Shown here piece after piece: positions 40,978 to 52,994 of a stretch of DNA of 64,000 bases. Source of the DNA: Octopus vulgaris (taxonomy: Eukaryota); assembly GCA_951406725.2 (NCBI GenBank), contig OX597822.1, positions 10,912,001-10,976,000 on the forward strand. Direction: 5' to 3'. The position numbers and the translations under genes are program-made. Position 1 is the first letter of the stretch, and every line of letters starts with the position of its first letter. A model generated the notes under the pieces. The model saw only the letters and a program-made list of their open reading frames with translations, did not search any database and was not told the origin of the DNA.

Positions 40978-41240
40978 GTCTTGCAAACAACTTGCACATG
41001 CAAGTACTACCAGTTAAAAGCTCCGTATATCGGAAGCTAGCAAGTGTATGGGGTCATCAGGAGAGAATGCACGCCGTTTCGGGGCCTACCTCTCGACGGC
41101 ATCAATGCGCACCGTCCCCCTTCACTGATATGAGGCCCCACCTGCTAGATCAGCTGGTTATGAAGAACTCAATATACTTCTAGTCATCGCTCATCGTCTC
41201 TTTTTAACCAAATCCAGTGGCTAGCCTTCTCCACTGTATT
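40978..41240 (-). mobile_element. 3' tip of a HERO-like RLE non-LTR retrotransposon in (TA)n
   Basis: Minus reads [20 protein letters not shown], resembling the C-terminal (A/V)ExxSxWxWLKR motif of HERO-type ORFs, followed by a structured 3' UTR. Confidence 0.75.
41037..41148 (-). ncRNA. Hammerhead ribozyme, non-circularly permuted
   Basis: All core nucleotides present: CUGAUGA (41060-41054), GAAA (41080-41077), GUC (C at 41095); 6-7 bp stems I, II and III plus a 10-bp closing helix. Confidence 0.8.
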
Positions 41241-41288
41241 TATATATACATACACACGCACATATACATGTATATATATATATGTATT

Positions 41289-41342
<54 letters not shown>

Positions 41343-41356
41343 CATACATATATATA

Positions 41357-42313
41357 TAAATCCTTAAATCCTTAAAAATGTTTTAGCCCGAAGGCCGCGG
41401 CCATGCTGGGGCACCACCGCTGAATGAGCCACACTAGTTTGTGAATCCACCTCTGATACGTGGCACTTGATCAACAAGGGAGTTCGATGCTGCTGCCCGC
41501 ATCCGTGTCTCCTGTCGTGAGGTAGGTTCATCTGGGACTCCCAACAAGAAGAGATCCAGTTTAGTTTTAAAGAAACCCACATCCACACCATGTAAGTCTC
41601 TCAGGCATTTAGGGAGGATGTTGAAAAGCTGTGGTCCTCTGAAACCCAAGCTGTTGCAGTATCTGGACCTGTATTTTGATGGTGATGTTGGAATCCTTGG
41701 CACCACGCAGCGGCGCCCCGTTCTGCGGTTGGAGTAACTTTGAATGCCAAAGTTTGGGACAAGACCCTCCAGGATTTTCCAGATGTATATTACTGCATAT
41801 CTCTCCCGCCTCCGCTCCAGGGAGAAGAGGTTTAATACCTTCAGTCTTTCCCAGTAGCTGACATTTTGCATTGAGACGATTTTCTTTGTGTAGCTTCTCT
41901 GAGTTGCTTCGAGTTCTGCTGTTTGTTTTATATTGTGTGGTGACCAAAGTTGGGAGCAGTAGTCCAAGCGGCTGAGGACAAATGTTTTCCATAGGACCAT
42001 CAGTGTCTCCTTCTCTCTTGTTCTGAAAGTTCGGAGAATCCATCCAGCTAGCCGTCTGCATTTTATCACCAGATTAGCAATATGCATTTGGAAAGATGCA
42101 TCATTGCTCATGTCAATGCCCAGGTCACGCACTGATTTTGACTCAGGGATTGCAATTCTTCCTGGGCCAGTGTATCCAGTCTTCACGTCATTTACCTTTG
42201 TGTGCCAGTAGCGCAGGGCCTGGAACTTACCTGCATTAAACTGCATGTTGTTGTCCTCAGCCCACCTGTATATTGTGTCCAGCTCATGTTGCAGATGCGC
42301 AATATTTTCAGGG

Positions 42314-42318
<5 letters not shown>
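41357..42318 (-). mobile_element. CR1-group LINE, 5'-truncated, apparently young
   Basis: Uninterrupted ORF 42318-41434: [24 protein letters not shown]...VRDLGI...[12 protein letters not shown]...[21 protein letters not shown]; short 3' UTR with (ATTTAAGG)2 tail; (TA)n on both flanks. Confidence 0.92.
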
Positions 42319-42344
<26 letters not shown>

Positions 42345-42388
42345 CATACATACATACATACATATATATATATGTGTGTATGTATATA

Positions 42389-42436
<48 letters not shown>

Positions 42437-42458
42437 AATACATATATATATATACATG

Positions 42459-42529
<71 letters not shown>

Positions 42530-43051
42530 GCATATGTAGTTATTCGTCCATCTATTCCCATGGCTACAGACACTATTAATTGTCTTATATTCTAAGTTTT
42601 CTTTGCAATTCCACTTTCTGTCCTGTATTATAAGATGTTTTTTTTCTGTTTTTGTGTGTTTGTTTTTCTTTTTAAGTTTTACTCTTCAGTAAGTAATTTT
42701 TATATTTTGCGAAATTTGATTCCATGCTTATTTTGTGGTCGTATTTTCTATTATTTCGATCCTAATTATTATTTCATTTTCTTTACCAGAAACAGATATG
42801 GAAATATAAATCCTTAGAAATATAGAGAAAGCTGCAAATCAAAGACATTTTCCAAATTGAGTGAATTGTCTTCAATGAATGCGATTATCAGAATCTAAAT
42901 ATGGAAGTGTGTATTCAGTAGTACTTTCTGGTAGATCTTGTTAAAGTTGCGGAAAATCACAAAATCCAATAATAAACATTCATATGAGTATATATGTATT
43001 GCCATATATAGATACAATCATGAAATACTGACATATATGTGTGTGTGTGTT

Positions 43052-43089
<38 letters not shown>

Positions 43090-43159
43090 ACTGTATGCAT
43101 ATCTAAATAGATAGATAGATATATCGATCGATCGATAGATAGATAGATAGATAGATAGG

Positions 43160-43247
<88 letters not shown>

Positions 43248-43774
43248 CTCATGCATATATTTTCCAATTTCGTATTTTTAAAGACGATCTGACAGCAGAT
43301 CAAACTACTTGTGACGCCTTGCAGTCTCCAGCGAATGAGCTCAAGTCCTGCTTAGAACTTTTTGCAGGAGATGCATTTTCTTAAAGAGTATTTCCGAAAT
43401 ATAGACAAAGGCTGACTTGAAATTATTCAAAAGGTATTGTTAAGGAGTACACTCTCTTTAATATAAGATACCTTTAAGAAACAATTTTAGGTTCAGAACT
43501 CAATGACTAAAGTTATTATTATAACAGGGGATGAATAGAACACCAAGATTAGCGGGCAAAAATGCTTTGCAGAATTTAGGTGCATGATTTTAGTCCACGG
43601 GTATATGCTACTGAGATCACCCAAGAAATATTACTGGCTTTTTAAAATACATCCATGTATATAAGTGATCTTTACTCCGGACGTCTATCGTAGTAAATTT
43701 GCTTTTTCCCTATACATTAAGTATATACCGGAATATAATACTACTTCTGTTGCATACAAAGATTTTTGTTTAGC

Positions 43775-44006
43775 CTGGCGGCAATTTGCAACGGTAGTGA
43801 TTGTTTCTTCACTGTCTCCTCTATCGGTCGATTCCTGGACCAGGCGACGCGTTGTGTTCTTGAGGAAAATTGCTTTAGTTCGCACAGCTGGCAAAAATGA
43901 ATAATCCTGCAATGGACCGGCGTGCCGTTCAGATGGGGAATGTATATGCCATGGAAACTAGAAAACCATCTCTGAGTCAACATGACTCGGGAAGGAACTT
44001 TACTTT
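43775..44006 (+). mobile_element. Decayed SINE with V-domain-like segment
   Basis: GGTCGATTCC B-box remnant; CCTGCAATGGACCGGCGTGCCGTTCAG; CTTTACTTT tail. Confidence 0.5.
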
Positions 44007-44251
44007 CTTTTTATTTCCATCGGTAGCGACAGGCTTCGTTGTAGAATGGTGTTGGTTGTGAGTGCTTGCTACTGGCAACTTCCAACGTGGTAGAAATGCA
44101 TATTTAGCATTCTTACCGCCTGTTTTCTATATATATTTTGCTTTTAAAACACAGTACGTCCATAAGATATATCTCCTGATAAATATCACAGTACGTTTGA
44201 TTTTTCACAATGTATTTACATTAAGTATGATACACAGATGTCTATTTCACT

Positions 44252-44527
44252 CCAGCCTCGTGTCGACCAAAACCTTGTGAGTGGATTTGATAGACGTGAA
44301 TGTGTGTGTGTGTGTGTTTGTGTGTCTGTGTTTGTCCCCCCCAATATCGCTTGACAACCGATGCTGGTGTGTTTACGTCCCCGTAACTTAGCGGTTCGGC
44401 AAAAGTGCCGATAGAATAAGTACTGGGCTCACAAAGAATAAGTCCCGGGGTCGATTTGCTCGACTAAAGGCGGTGCTCCAGCATGGCCGCAGTCAAATGA
44501 CTGAAACAAGTAAAAGAGTAAAAGAGT
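44252..44527 (+). mobile_element. SINE family B, 5'-truncated
   Basis: 3' body and tail match the other copies. Confidence 0.88.
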
Positions 44528-45129
44528 ATATATATATATATATAAATCCATACATACGTATCTATGTGTGAGTATGTATATATAAATCCTTACATACGTA
44601 TCTATGTGCAAGTATGTATGCGTGCATATATGTATGCGTGCATATATGTATGCATATGTATGCAAGCATAATATGTAAAGAATCGGACGGCATGCCTTAT
44701 GATATTTGGTTAGGTACGTCTACGGTGTTAGTTTAAATGTCATCCGAGTCTTCTGTTCAAAGTCGACACATTACTAACCCTAACAAACACACAGAGAAAG
44801 ATATAAACAAAAAAGAAACATGTCTAACATAACTCTTTTCTAGAGAGGAAAATGACTGAATGTAGCGTCATAGCATTGACCACTGACCATTGATTGAAAC
44901 CAGTCAAATAATGATGCATGAACACTCCAAGTATCTGGTTTTTAATAAAGAACACTTCAACTGAAATTTTTTGTAAAATATGTACAAAGGTTACGTTATA
45001 AAACGTTCATTTGAGCGTACATGTTACGTTTATATATTAATGCATCTATGCTTTTATGTATCATCAAGCAAATATCTTACCTTGTCTAGACACATAATAC
45101 GAAATATTACATCATGAGAGCTGGACATC

Positions 45130-45539
45130 TCGATAATTTTTTTTTAATCTATGGACCATTTTGATTATTAGTTTATTCTGGTGAACCTCCATTGTCATTT
45201 GATGTTTATAAAACTAGTTTTATAGAAATTTCTTTCAAAATTCCTATTCCATTTTTCACACATTAACTTATGTAGGTTGAACTATGTAAGACATTAGGGA
45301 AAGAAACCTACCTGTTTCTTGTAATACGTACCAATACATAGATCTTGATCTTATAATACATACCAATACATAGATCTTGTTATTTTATATTACATACTAA
45401 TAAATAGATCTAAAGCAAAATTTTTTCGGGGGTCCTTAAAATATTATTGTGGATCCGTAATTTACAATTTTGTTGTGTGGACACCCAAAAATCTTATATG
45501 GACTCTCAGGACCATATGAACCCAGGTTGAGAGTCACTG
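45130..45539. mobile_element. Partial hAT(Charlie)-like MITE with an internal 3x ~32-bp tandem repeat (45318-45412)
   Basis: Right end GGTTGAGAGTCACTG; repeat unit CTT.TAATAC.TACCAATACATAGATCTTG; left boundary uncertain. Confidence 0.5.
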
Positions 45540-46220
45540 GCTTAGATCCTTAAATTCAAGGCTCTCAGTTGAAAAACACATTCAACAATTTGAGTGTATT
45601 GCCTACTTGAAGTAGTTTATTGCACAAACCACCCCTTCTGTTTCAGTATTGATACAGCTGGTCGGCGAAATGTGAATATCCTGGTCACGAAAGAGAAAAC
45701 AAGCGCAGTGCCGGGGGAAAAATGTATGAAGCGATCCACCGAACTTTCGGCTTGATATGTTATATCATACTGACACAAACGCCCACGTTCTTCAGTGAAC
45801 ACGTGTATGCATGCGACTGGGCGTCTCTCAGTATGCGTGTGTGAGTATTTCTACAAATGAGATTCATCTCATCTGTGAGGCATGTAATATTAATAAAACA
45901 ACGATGATGGATTTTTCATTATTGGCATTCAGGATTTCTAAATAGCGGATTTTTCTTTCTTATTGAACTATCTCGAATATTAAACACTCCGAAACTGACA
46001 ATATATCTCCATGTGTTCATTCTCCAATTTCCTATCAATTCATATTCAATTCATCATGGATAATTGTTTTATGGAACCGTCTGTTTTAAAAGCACACCGA
46101 ATGTTGTCTTGTCTATATTATGTGACGCTCTTCATCTGACTATTGAGTGCACAGTCTAATACCTGTTGCATATAGTTCGAAGTTTGACTGATTCATAGGC
46201 AGAAGTGATCTATCTATCTT

Positions 46221-46305
<85 letters not shown>

Positions 46306-46320
46306 TTATCTATCCATCCA

Positions 46321-48171
46321 TGTGTCTGCATACGCGGACGACGTCACCGTCATAGTGTCTAGCCACGAGCACATCGAGCAGGTCGGCGAGACACTGAAAA
46401 ACTACGAAGCGGTGACAGGAGCGAAAATCAACCGGGAAAAGTCAGTGGGCTTGCGGCTAGGCACCTGGAGAAGCAAGCCCATGCCGTCCACCAGCGCCTC
46501 CGTCGTGGGACGCTGGACCGACGGCCCGGTTGAGTTGCTCGGGGTCTGGTTTGGTCCGGACCTCCAAGTGGAGAAGAACTGGAACGAGATAACGAGTAGG
46601 GTGGTCACTCTCGCCTGGCAATGGGCCGAGAGGAAACTGTCCCTAAAAGGTCGGGCGGAGGTGGCGAACACGTACATCGCGTCCGTCATCTACTACCGCC
46701 TGACCGTCGTACCTTGTCCCGACCCTACCATCACCAAACTACAACGCATTCTCTTTCGCTTCTTGTGGAAAGGATGCGTCCCGATGGTCAGGCGATCCAT
46801 TTGCTGTCAACACCCGCTAAAAGGAGGGCTGGGCATGCCGTGGTTGATGATGCGCAGACACGCGCTGAGACTGCGACATCTCTAGCTCTATGTAGACGAC
46901 GGTGAACAGGTGTGGTCGCCGTTTGTGAGGCACGCTTTCCCGCAGCTCGTCTCCATGACCGAACTGCAGTCGTGGATCAAAAAGAGGCCGAGGAAGGGCG
47001 ATTGGCACCGCGAGTGTCGTGTTGCTCTCAAGCAACTCTGCCGTCCCGGGTCGACCTTGAGTGACTTCAACACAACCAAAGCATTCTATAGGGGATTAGT
47101 GGAGGGGAGGTACGACGACGAGCTCGGGGCGAACCTGGACGTCGACGAGGAGTACCTGACCCGCCTGTTCAGGACGACTTTCGGGCCAGGGCCCATGGAC
47201 AACTTCCAGAGATCCCTGGCCTGGCAGTGCTACCGAGAAGCGCTACCCGTTCGGGATAAGCTCTACAGACACGGCTCGAGAAACACGGGGCCGACCTGCC
47301 CGAGATGCGGTCAGAGCGACGAAACCGTTCTGCACGCACTCGTGCAGTGTCCAACAATTTCCGACCTGTGGGCTTATGTCGAACAACTGCTGTCACGTGT
47401 GGGACGAGTCGGTTTATCAGCTGAGTCTATCGTCAATATTGTCACGCCTCCTTCCTTCAAACGGGAAGGAAGAGCTATTTTCATCATCCTTGTGGCTATG
47501 GCGAAAGAATGTATCTGGTGGACGCGTCTGAAAGGATTGGAGACAAACACTTTCCTCTCTAGTCAATCTCTCATCAACTTCTTCAAGTACCACTTGAAAA
47601 GGAAAGTGAGAGTAGAGAGGCAAGTTTTGACTAGCGAATGTTTAAAAAATAGATGGGTGAATGTAGCAAGGATGGCACGTATGAATGACGAAGCCACCTT
47701 GAGCATAATCCTATGAACCCAGAAATTGAAAACAGAGGGTTACCCACTTGCAAACAAATGTGGTAACATATAACAATATTGACCAAGGTTACCGTGGTCT
47801 TTTTCGTAGGCTTTTCTTCCCACGGATAAACCTTACTTGCTTTCCCCTTTACACCATATATCATAACACTGTGATACGCGATCCCTATTGATCGTTTTTT
47901 TTCCTCTTCCCCTTTTTTCCCCTTTTTCTTCTTTTTTCATTTCTCTTTCCTTTTGTTCCTTTTCCTTTTCTTTTTTTTTTCTTTTTATTCTTTTTATTTT
48001 ATTCAATTTTTTTTTGTTCTTTTCTTCCCTTTTACGATCCCTCTTGATCGAAAACCTACGCCACCCCCTTTTTTTTTCTTTTGTTTTTTGTTCTCTTCAT
48101 CCCCCAAAAGAAAAGCTCTACCTTGTAACTTGTCCCATCTGTGTGCAGCCCTGTGTGGCCAATAAAGAAAC
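46321..48171 (+). mobile_element. Tx1/L1-clade LINE, 5'-truncated ORF2 with one in-frame stop
   Basis: VSAYADDV, SLKGRAEVAN, KGGLGMP, zinc knuckle CPRCGQSDETVLHALVQC; TAG at 46883-46885, then the same frame to 47716; T-rich 3' UTR ending AATAAAGAAAC. Confidence 0.93.
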
Positions 48172-48261
<90 letters not shown>

Positions 48262-48737
48262 GAGTAGAGAGGCAAGTTTTGTCTAGCGAATGTTTTAAAA
48301 AAAGATGGGTGAATGTAGCAAGAATGGCACGTATGAATGACGAATCCACCTTGAGTATGATCCTATGAACCCAGAAATTGAAAACAGAGAGTTGCTTCTT
48401 CGCAAAAAAAAAAAAAAAAGAAATATAACATGTGACTCCATTGACCGAGGTTACCGTGGTCTTTTCCGTAGGCTTTTCTTTCCACGGGTAAACCTCACCT
48501 GTCCTCCCCTTTACACTTCATATTGACATTTCTGTGATAACGATCCCTATTGATCAATTTTTTTTTCCTCTCCCCCTTTTTTTTAACCCCCCTTTTTTTG
48601 TCCTCTTTCTCTCCTTTTACGATCCCTTTTGATTGAAACTCCCCCTTCCTTTTTTTTTTTTTTAAACCTTCAAAAGAAAAGCTCTACCTTGTAATTTGTT
48701 CTATCTGTGTGCAGCCCTGTGTGGCTAATAAAGAAAC
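48262..48737 (+). mobile_element. Second, shorter copy of the same Tx1-like family
   Basis: Homologous to 47610-48171 with a diverged UTR; same AATAAAGAAAC end. Confidence 0.92.
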
Positions 48738-48807
48738 ATATCTATCTATCTATCTATCTATCCATCTATCTATCTATCTATCTATCTCTGTCTATCTATC
48801 CATCTAC

Positions 48808-48864
<57 letters not shown>

Positions 48865-48882
48865 CATCCATCTATCTATATA

Positions 48883-48920
<38 letters not shown>

Positions 48921-49260
48921 GCAAGCTAGCTAGTTATCTACATTAATTCTCTCTCTTTCTCTATGTCCATATGTGTGTGTATCAGTGCCTCTGTGGGTAT
49001 GTATGCGCCTATGTTTATATGTAAATATGTATATGTAAACATGTATGTCTACATATATATGTAGATGTGTGCGTTTGTGGGTGTATGTATGTTTCTACGT
49101 ATGTATGTATGTATGTATGTATGTATGTATGTATGTATGTATGTGTATGTTTGTACATACATATTCACATGTATACGTATACATATAATTCCTTTTGGTA
49201 ATATCTCGAAGTACACAAAGCTATAATTAAAAGAATATAAATATTGAGTTGAACCTGATA

Positions 49261-49488
49261 TTCACTCTTTCACTCTTTCACTTGTTTCAGTCATATGACT
49301 GCGGCCATGCTGGAACACCGCCTTTAGTCAAGCAAATCGACCCCAGGACTTATTCTTTGTAAAACTAGTACCTATTCTATCGGTTTATTTGCCGAATCGC
49401 TAAGTTACGGGGACATAGACACCCCAACATCTGTTGTCAAGCGATGGGGGATGTGACAAATACAGACACACAAATACATACATACATG

Positions 49489-49572
<84 letters not shown>

Positions 49573-49735
49573 CGACAGATTTCTTTCAGTTTCCGTCTAC
49601 CAAATCCACCCACAAGGTTTTTGTCGGTCCGAGTCTATAGTAGAAGGCACTTGCCCAAGGTGCCACGCAGTAGAATTGAACACAGAATCATGTGGCTGAG
49701 AAGCAAGCTTCGTACCCCACAGCCGCTCCTGCCCC
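49261..49735 (-). mobile_element. SINE family B, full length
   Basis: Reverse complement of family B. Confidence 0.88.
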
Positions 49736-50018
49736 TATGCATGTGATTATTTAAAAATATATGTGTGTGCTTCGAGACATCCCCCCCCCACACAAAAAAA
49801 AATCATATCCTCGTTCTCTTGAAAGCTTTTGAAATTCTTAGGTCGTAAGCACGAAGAAAAGTAAAAAGAAAAAGTAAAACACGTGGGAGTTCAGAGAAAA
49901 TACACCGAACTCCAGCCTCTACAATAGCTTTACGATAGCTCTGAGCAAAATTAACCAAATACTCTGATGATTCAGCAAGAGATTCGGGTAACGCACCACT
50001 TGACCCTAAGTTATAGAT

Positions 50019-50263
50019 CAGTGGTTCTCGACCGGGGTACATATGGCTTTTTGGGCGGGGGCCAACACAAAATTTTGTCGTTAAAATTTATCGGCAATAA
50101 ATTTGTTATACTTCGACATTCACAAAGTATTTTAACAACTCCTAATAATATTTAGTTCTGAAAATATATGTTGTTTTTTTAAACATCGAAAGGCTGTAAC
50201 GATCAATCCTAGTAAAATAGGACTTAAAGGGGTTCACAGCTAGCAAGTGGTTGAAACACACTG
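50019..50263. mobile_element. hAT(Charlie)-like MITE
   Basis: TIRs CAGTGGTTCTCGACC / GGTTGAAACACACTG; degenerate 8-bp TSD TTATAGAT/TTAAAGAG. Confidence 0.7.
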
Positions 50264-50507
50264 TTAAAGAGGGTTAATAAAGACCACATCAGCAACCTAT
50301 CGACAGAGTTATCGTTCCCAAATCTACTCAGGTGACATTTAGAACAGGTATTTGGAAAGGAGAGGTGAAATTTCTAAGGTGTTCTGGCCTACATAAGTGA
50401 CGGCTTGTTTCATCTACGTGGCTAGATAGCCCTTATTGTATTTATTTATTCTGTGGACCAAAGTTTTCAAGTATCATAATCATACTGCGTTATATATAAG
50501 TACCAAA

Positions 50508-50718
50508 GGCGGCGGGTTGGCAGAAACATTAGACGAGATGGTTAGCTGCATTTCGTCCACCTTTATGTTCTGAATTCAAATTCCACTGAGGAAGACTTTG
50601 CCTTTCATCATTTCAGGGTCGACGAACTAATCACAGGTAAAGTACTGGGATCGCTGTAATCGACTTACCCCTCGCCTAAAAAACTGCCGGCCCTGTATTA
50701 AATATTTGAAGTCAATAA
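50508..50718 (+). mobile_element. Decayed SINE family A
   Basis: GGCGGCGGGTTGGCAGAAAC head and GACTTTGCCTTTCATC body. Confidence 0.8.
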
Positions 50719-51333
50719 TATATGAGGCAGAACAGTGAAGAATCGAACCGATAGCAATGCCAACAGTGGCTCAAAACAAATTCTGGACTACGGCCTGAAA
50801 CAGATGGTCAGACTTTAGATGTAGACAATCAATCTACTAGATTTAATCTCCACTCACAAAATCTATCACAATAAAATAATAAATCATTAGGCCGACGTCA
50901 AATGTAGACTTTGTAATCAGCTTCTTGCCGCAGTAGCAAACTAGAATGAAGCTATGTAAATGCATACAAATAATAATAGTTATAATTACAACAATGATGG
51001 CGATGATGATGATGATGATGACGACGATGTCGACGACGATGTCGACGACGACGATGTCGACGACGACGACAATGACGACGATGATGATGATGATGATGAT
51101 GATGAAATAAAATATGTATATATAAAATTATATGTATTTATATAGACATATATATATGAGTATTTATGCACATACAAACATGTATATATGCATATATATG
51201 TGTGTTTATACATATATGTTTGTATGTACGTATATATATATATATATATACATATGTGTGTGTTCGTATGTGTGTGCGTGTGTGTGTGTGTGTGCGTGTG
51301 TATGTGTGTGTGAGTGTACGAATGCTTTTAGGA

Positions 51334-51421
<88 letters not shown>

Positions 51422-52613
51422 CATTATAGAAATTTTATGCACGCATACATACACCACATTCACAAACATGAATATACATAGATGCATATATATACACACA
51501 TACATACATGCATGCATCAATGCATGCATTATAGTGGTACAGTTCTAGAGGAGAATATTTTGACCTGTCTCCTTGTAACATCTCTACTGCCGGTATGAGT
51601 ATAGAATAATCGCAAGTCGTAATGTGTTTTAGTATTGCAAAAGTGGTATGTAGAAGGAGGAAGCAATCCAAAAGAAAAAGGAACGAAGGGAAGAGAGATG
51701 CACTATGCAAGCCAAACACAGGCACCCGAGCCAGACCGCCTAATAACTCTTAAAATCTGATGAACTGTAGAAATTATACTTTTGTTCTGTCACACACTTT
51801 AGATTCCATCACACGTAAAAATGCGCCAAAGCGTCAGTGTAATGGGTTTTGTAATTTGCTGAAAATGATGATGTTGATGAACACACACACGCACACAGAC
51901 ACACGCACACAGACACACACATATATATATATATATATACACACACTCACATACAAATACGCAAGCACATACACACACATATATATATATATATATACAC
52001 ACGTACATGCATACATAAACACATGCATACATACATACGTACGTACGCGCATACATACATGCATATATATGTACGTGCATACATACATACATACATACAT
52101 ACATACATACATACATACATACATACATGCATGGACACACACATACATACATACATACATGCATGGACACACACATACATACACACATACATACAGACAT
52201 ACATACATACATACACACACACGTACATAAATACATACATATCTTCGTAGTAGAAGTCAACTCGTGACCGAGTAAGACGACACCCTAAGATCAATAGGTC
52301 CATGCAAAATTTCTAAGGGTTCAAGAAATTCCTGTGAAAGAATTTGTTTCGAGCGGATAAAATGTTTCACAGCTCTGAATCCACACTTAAGTGCCATCAG
52401 GTAGGGCACGAGTGGCACAACAGAAGATGAATCTACCAGAAACTGACTGGACTTCAGATCTTTTAATGCGAGTTCACCTTTTTCCTAAAAGGTATTCGAA
52501 GAGAACTGGGGTCCTTCATTCCCAGTGGCTCAAATGCTAATTAACCCATAGCTGGGGTCCTAACACGTGCTACAACTCCTGGTCATACATATATACATAC
52601 ATACATGCATACG

Positions 52614-52644
<31 letters not shown>

Positions 52645-52994
52645 GCACACACACACACATACACATACACACACACACACATGTATATATATATGGTTTT
52701 GGGGATTGGTCTTTAGCGGTCAGAATGGTGTGAGTGTGTGTGTATATATATATACATGTGTTTGTGTCTGTGTGTATGGGCCGTTTTTGATTCGTCCCAG
52801 GGTTTAATATTTTCCCAAGATTTTTCCTTGTAAACTGTTTTTAACATGTTCTTATTATTATCAAAGAATGTATATATGTATTGTAATATTTTGTGACAAC
52901 CAGTACTTAACTCAACAAAGCTTTTTCTAAAAAAAGTGAAACCAGTCAAGTGAATAAACACCTTTTAAAATTTTCAAACCTTCATTCATATATA

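Noticed and set aside
42319-42573. N-terminal part of the 379-aa ORF
   Set aside because: Read-through of flanking (TA)n; the LINE sequence starts at 42318.
45647-45755. Possible plus-strand exon after CCCCTTCTGTTTCAG
   Set aside because: Short frame with no recognisable homology and only a weak donor; not supportable.
51752-51785. CTGATGA...GAAA motif
   Set aside because: No stem II pairing and stem I mismatched; likely chance.
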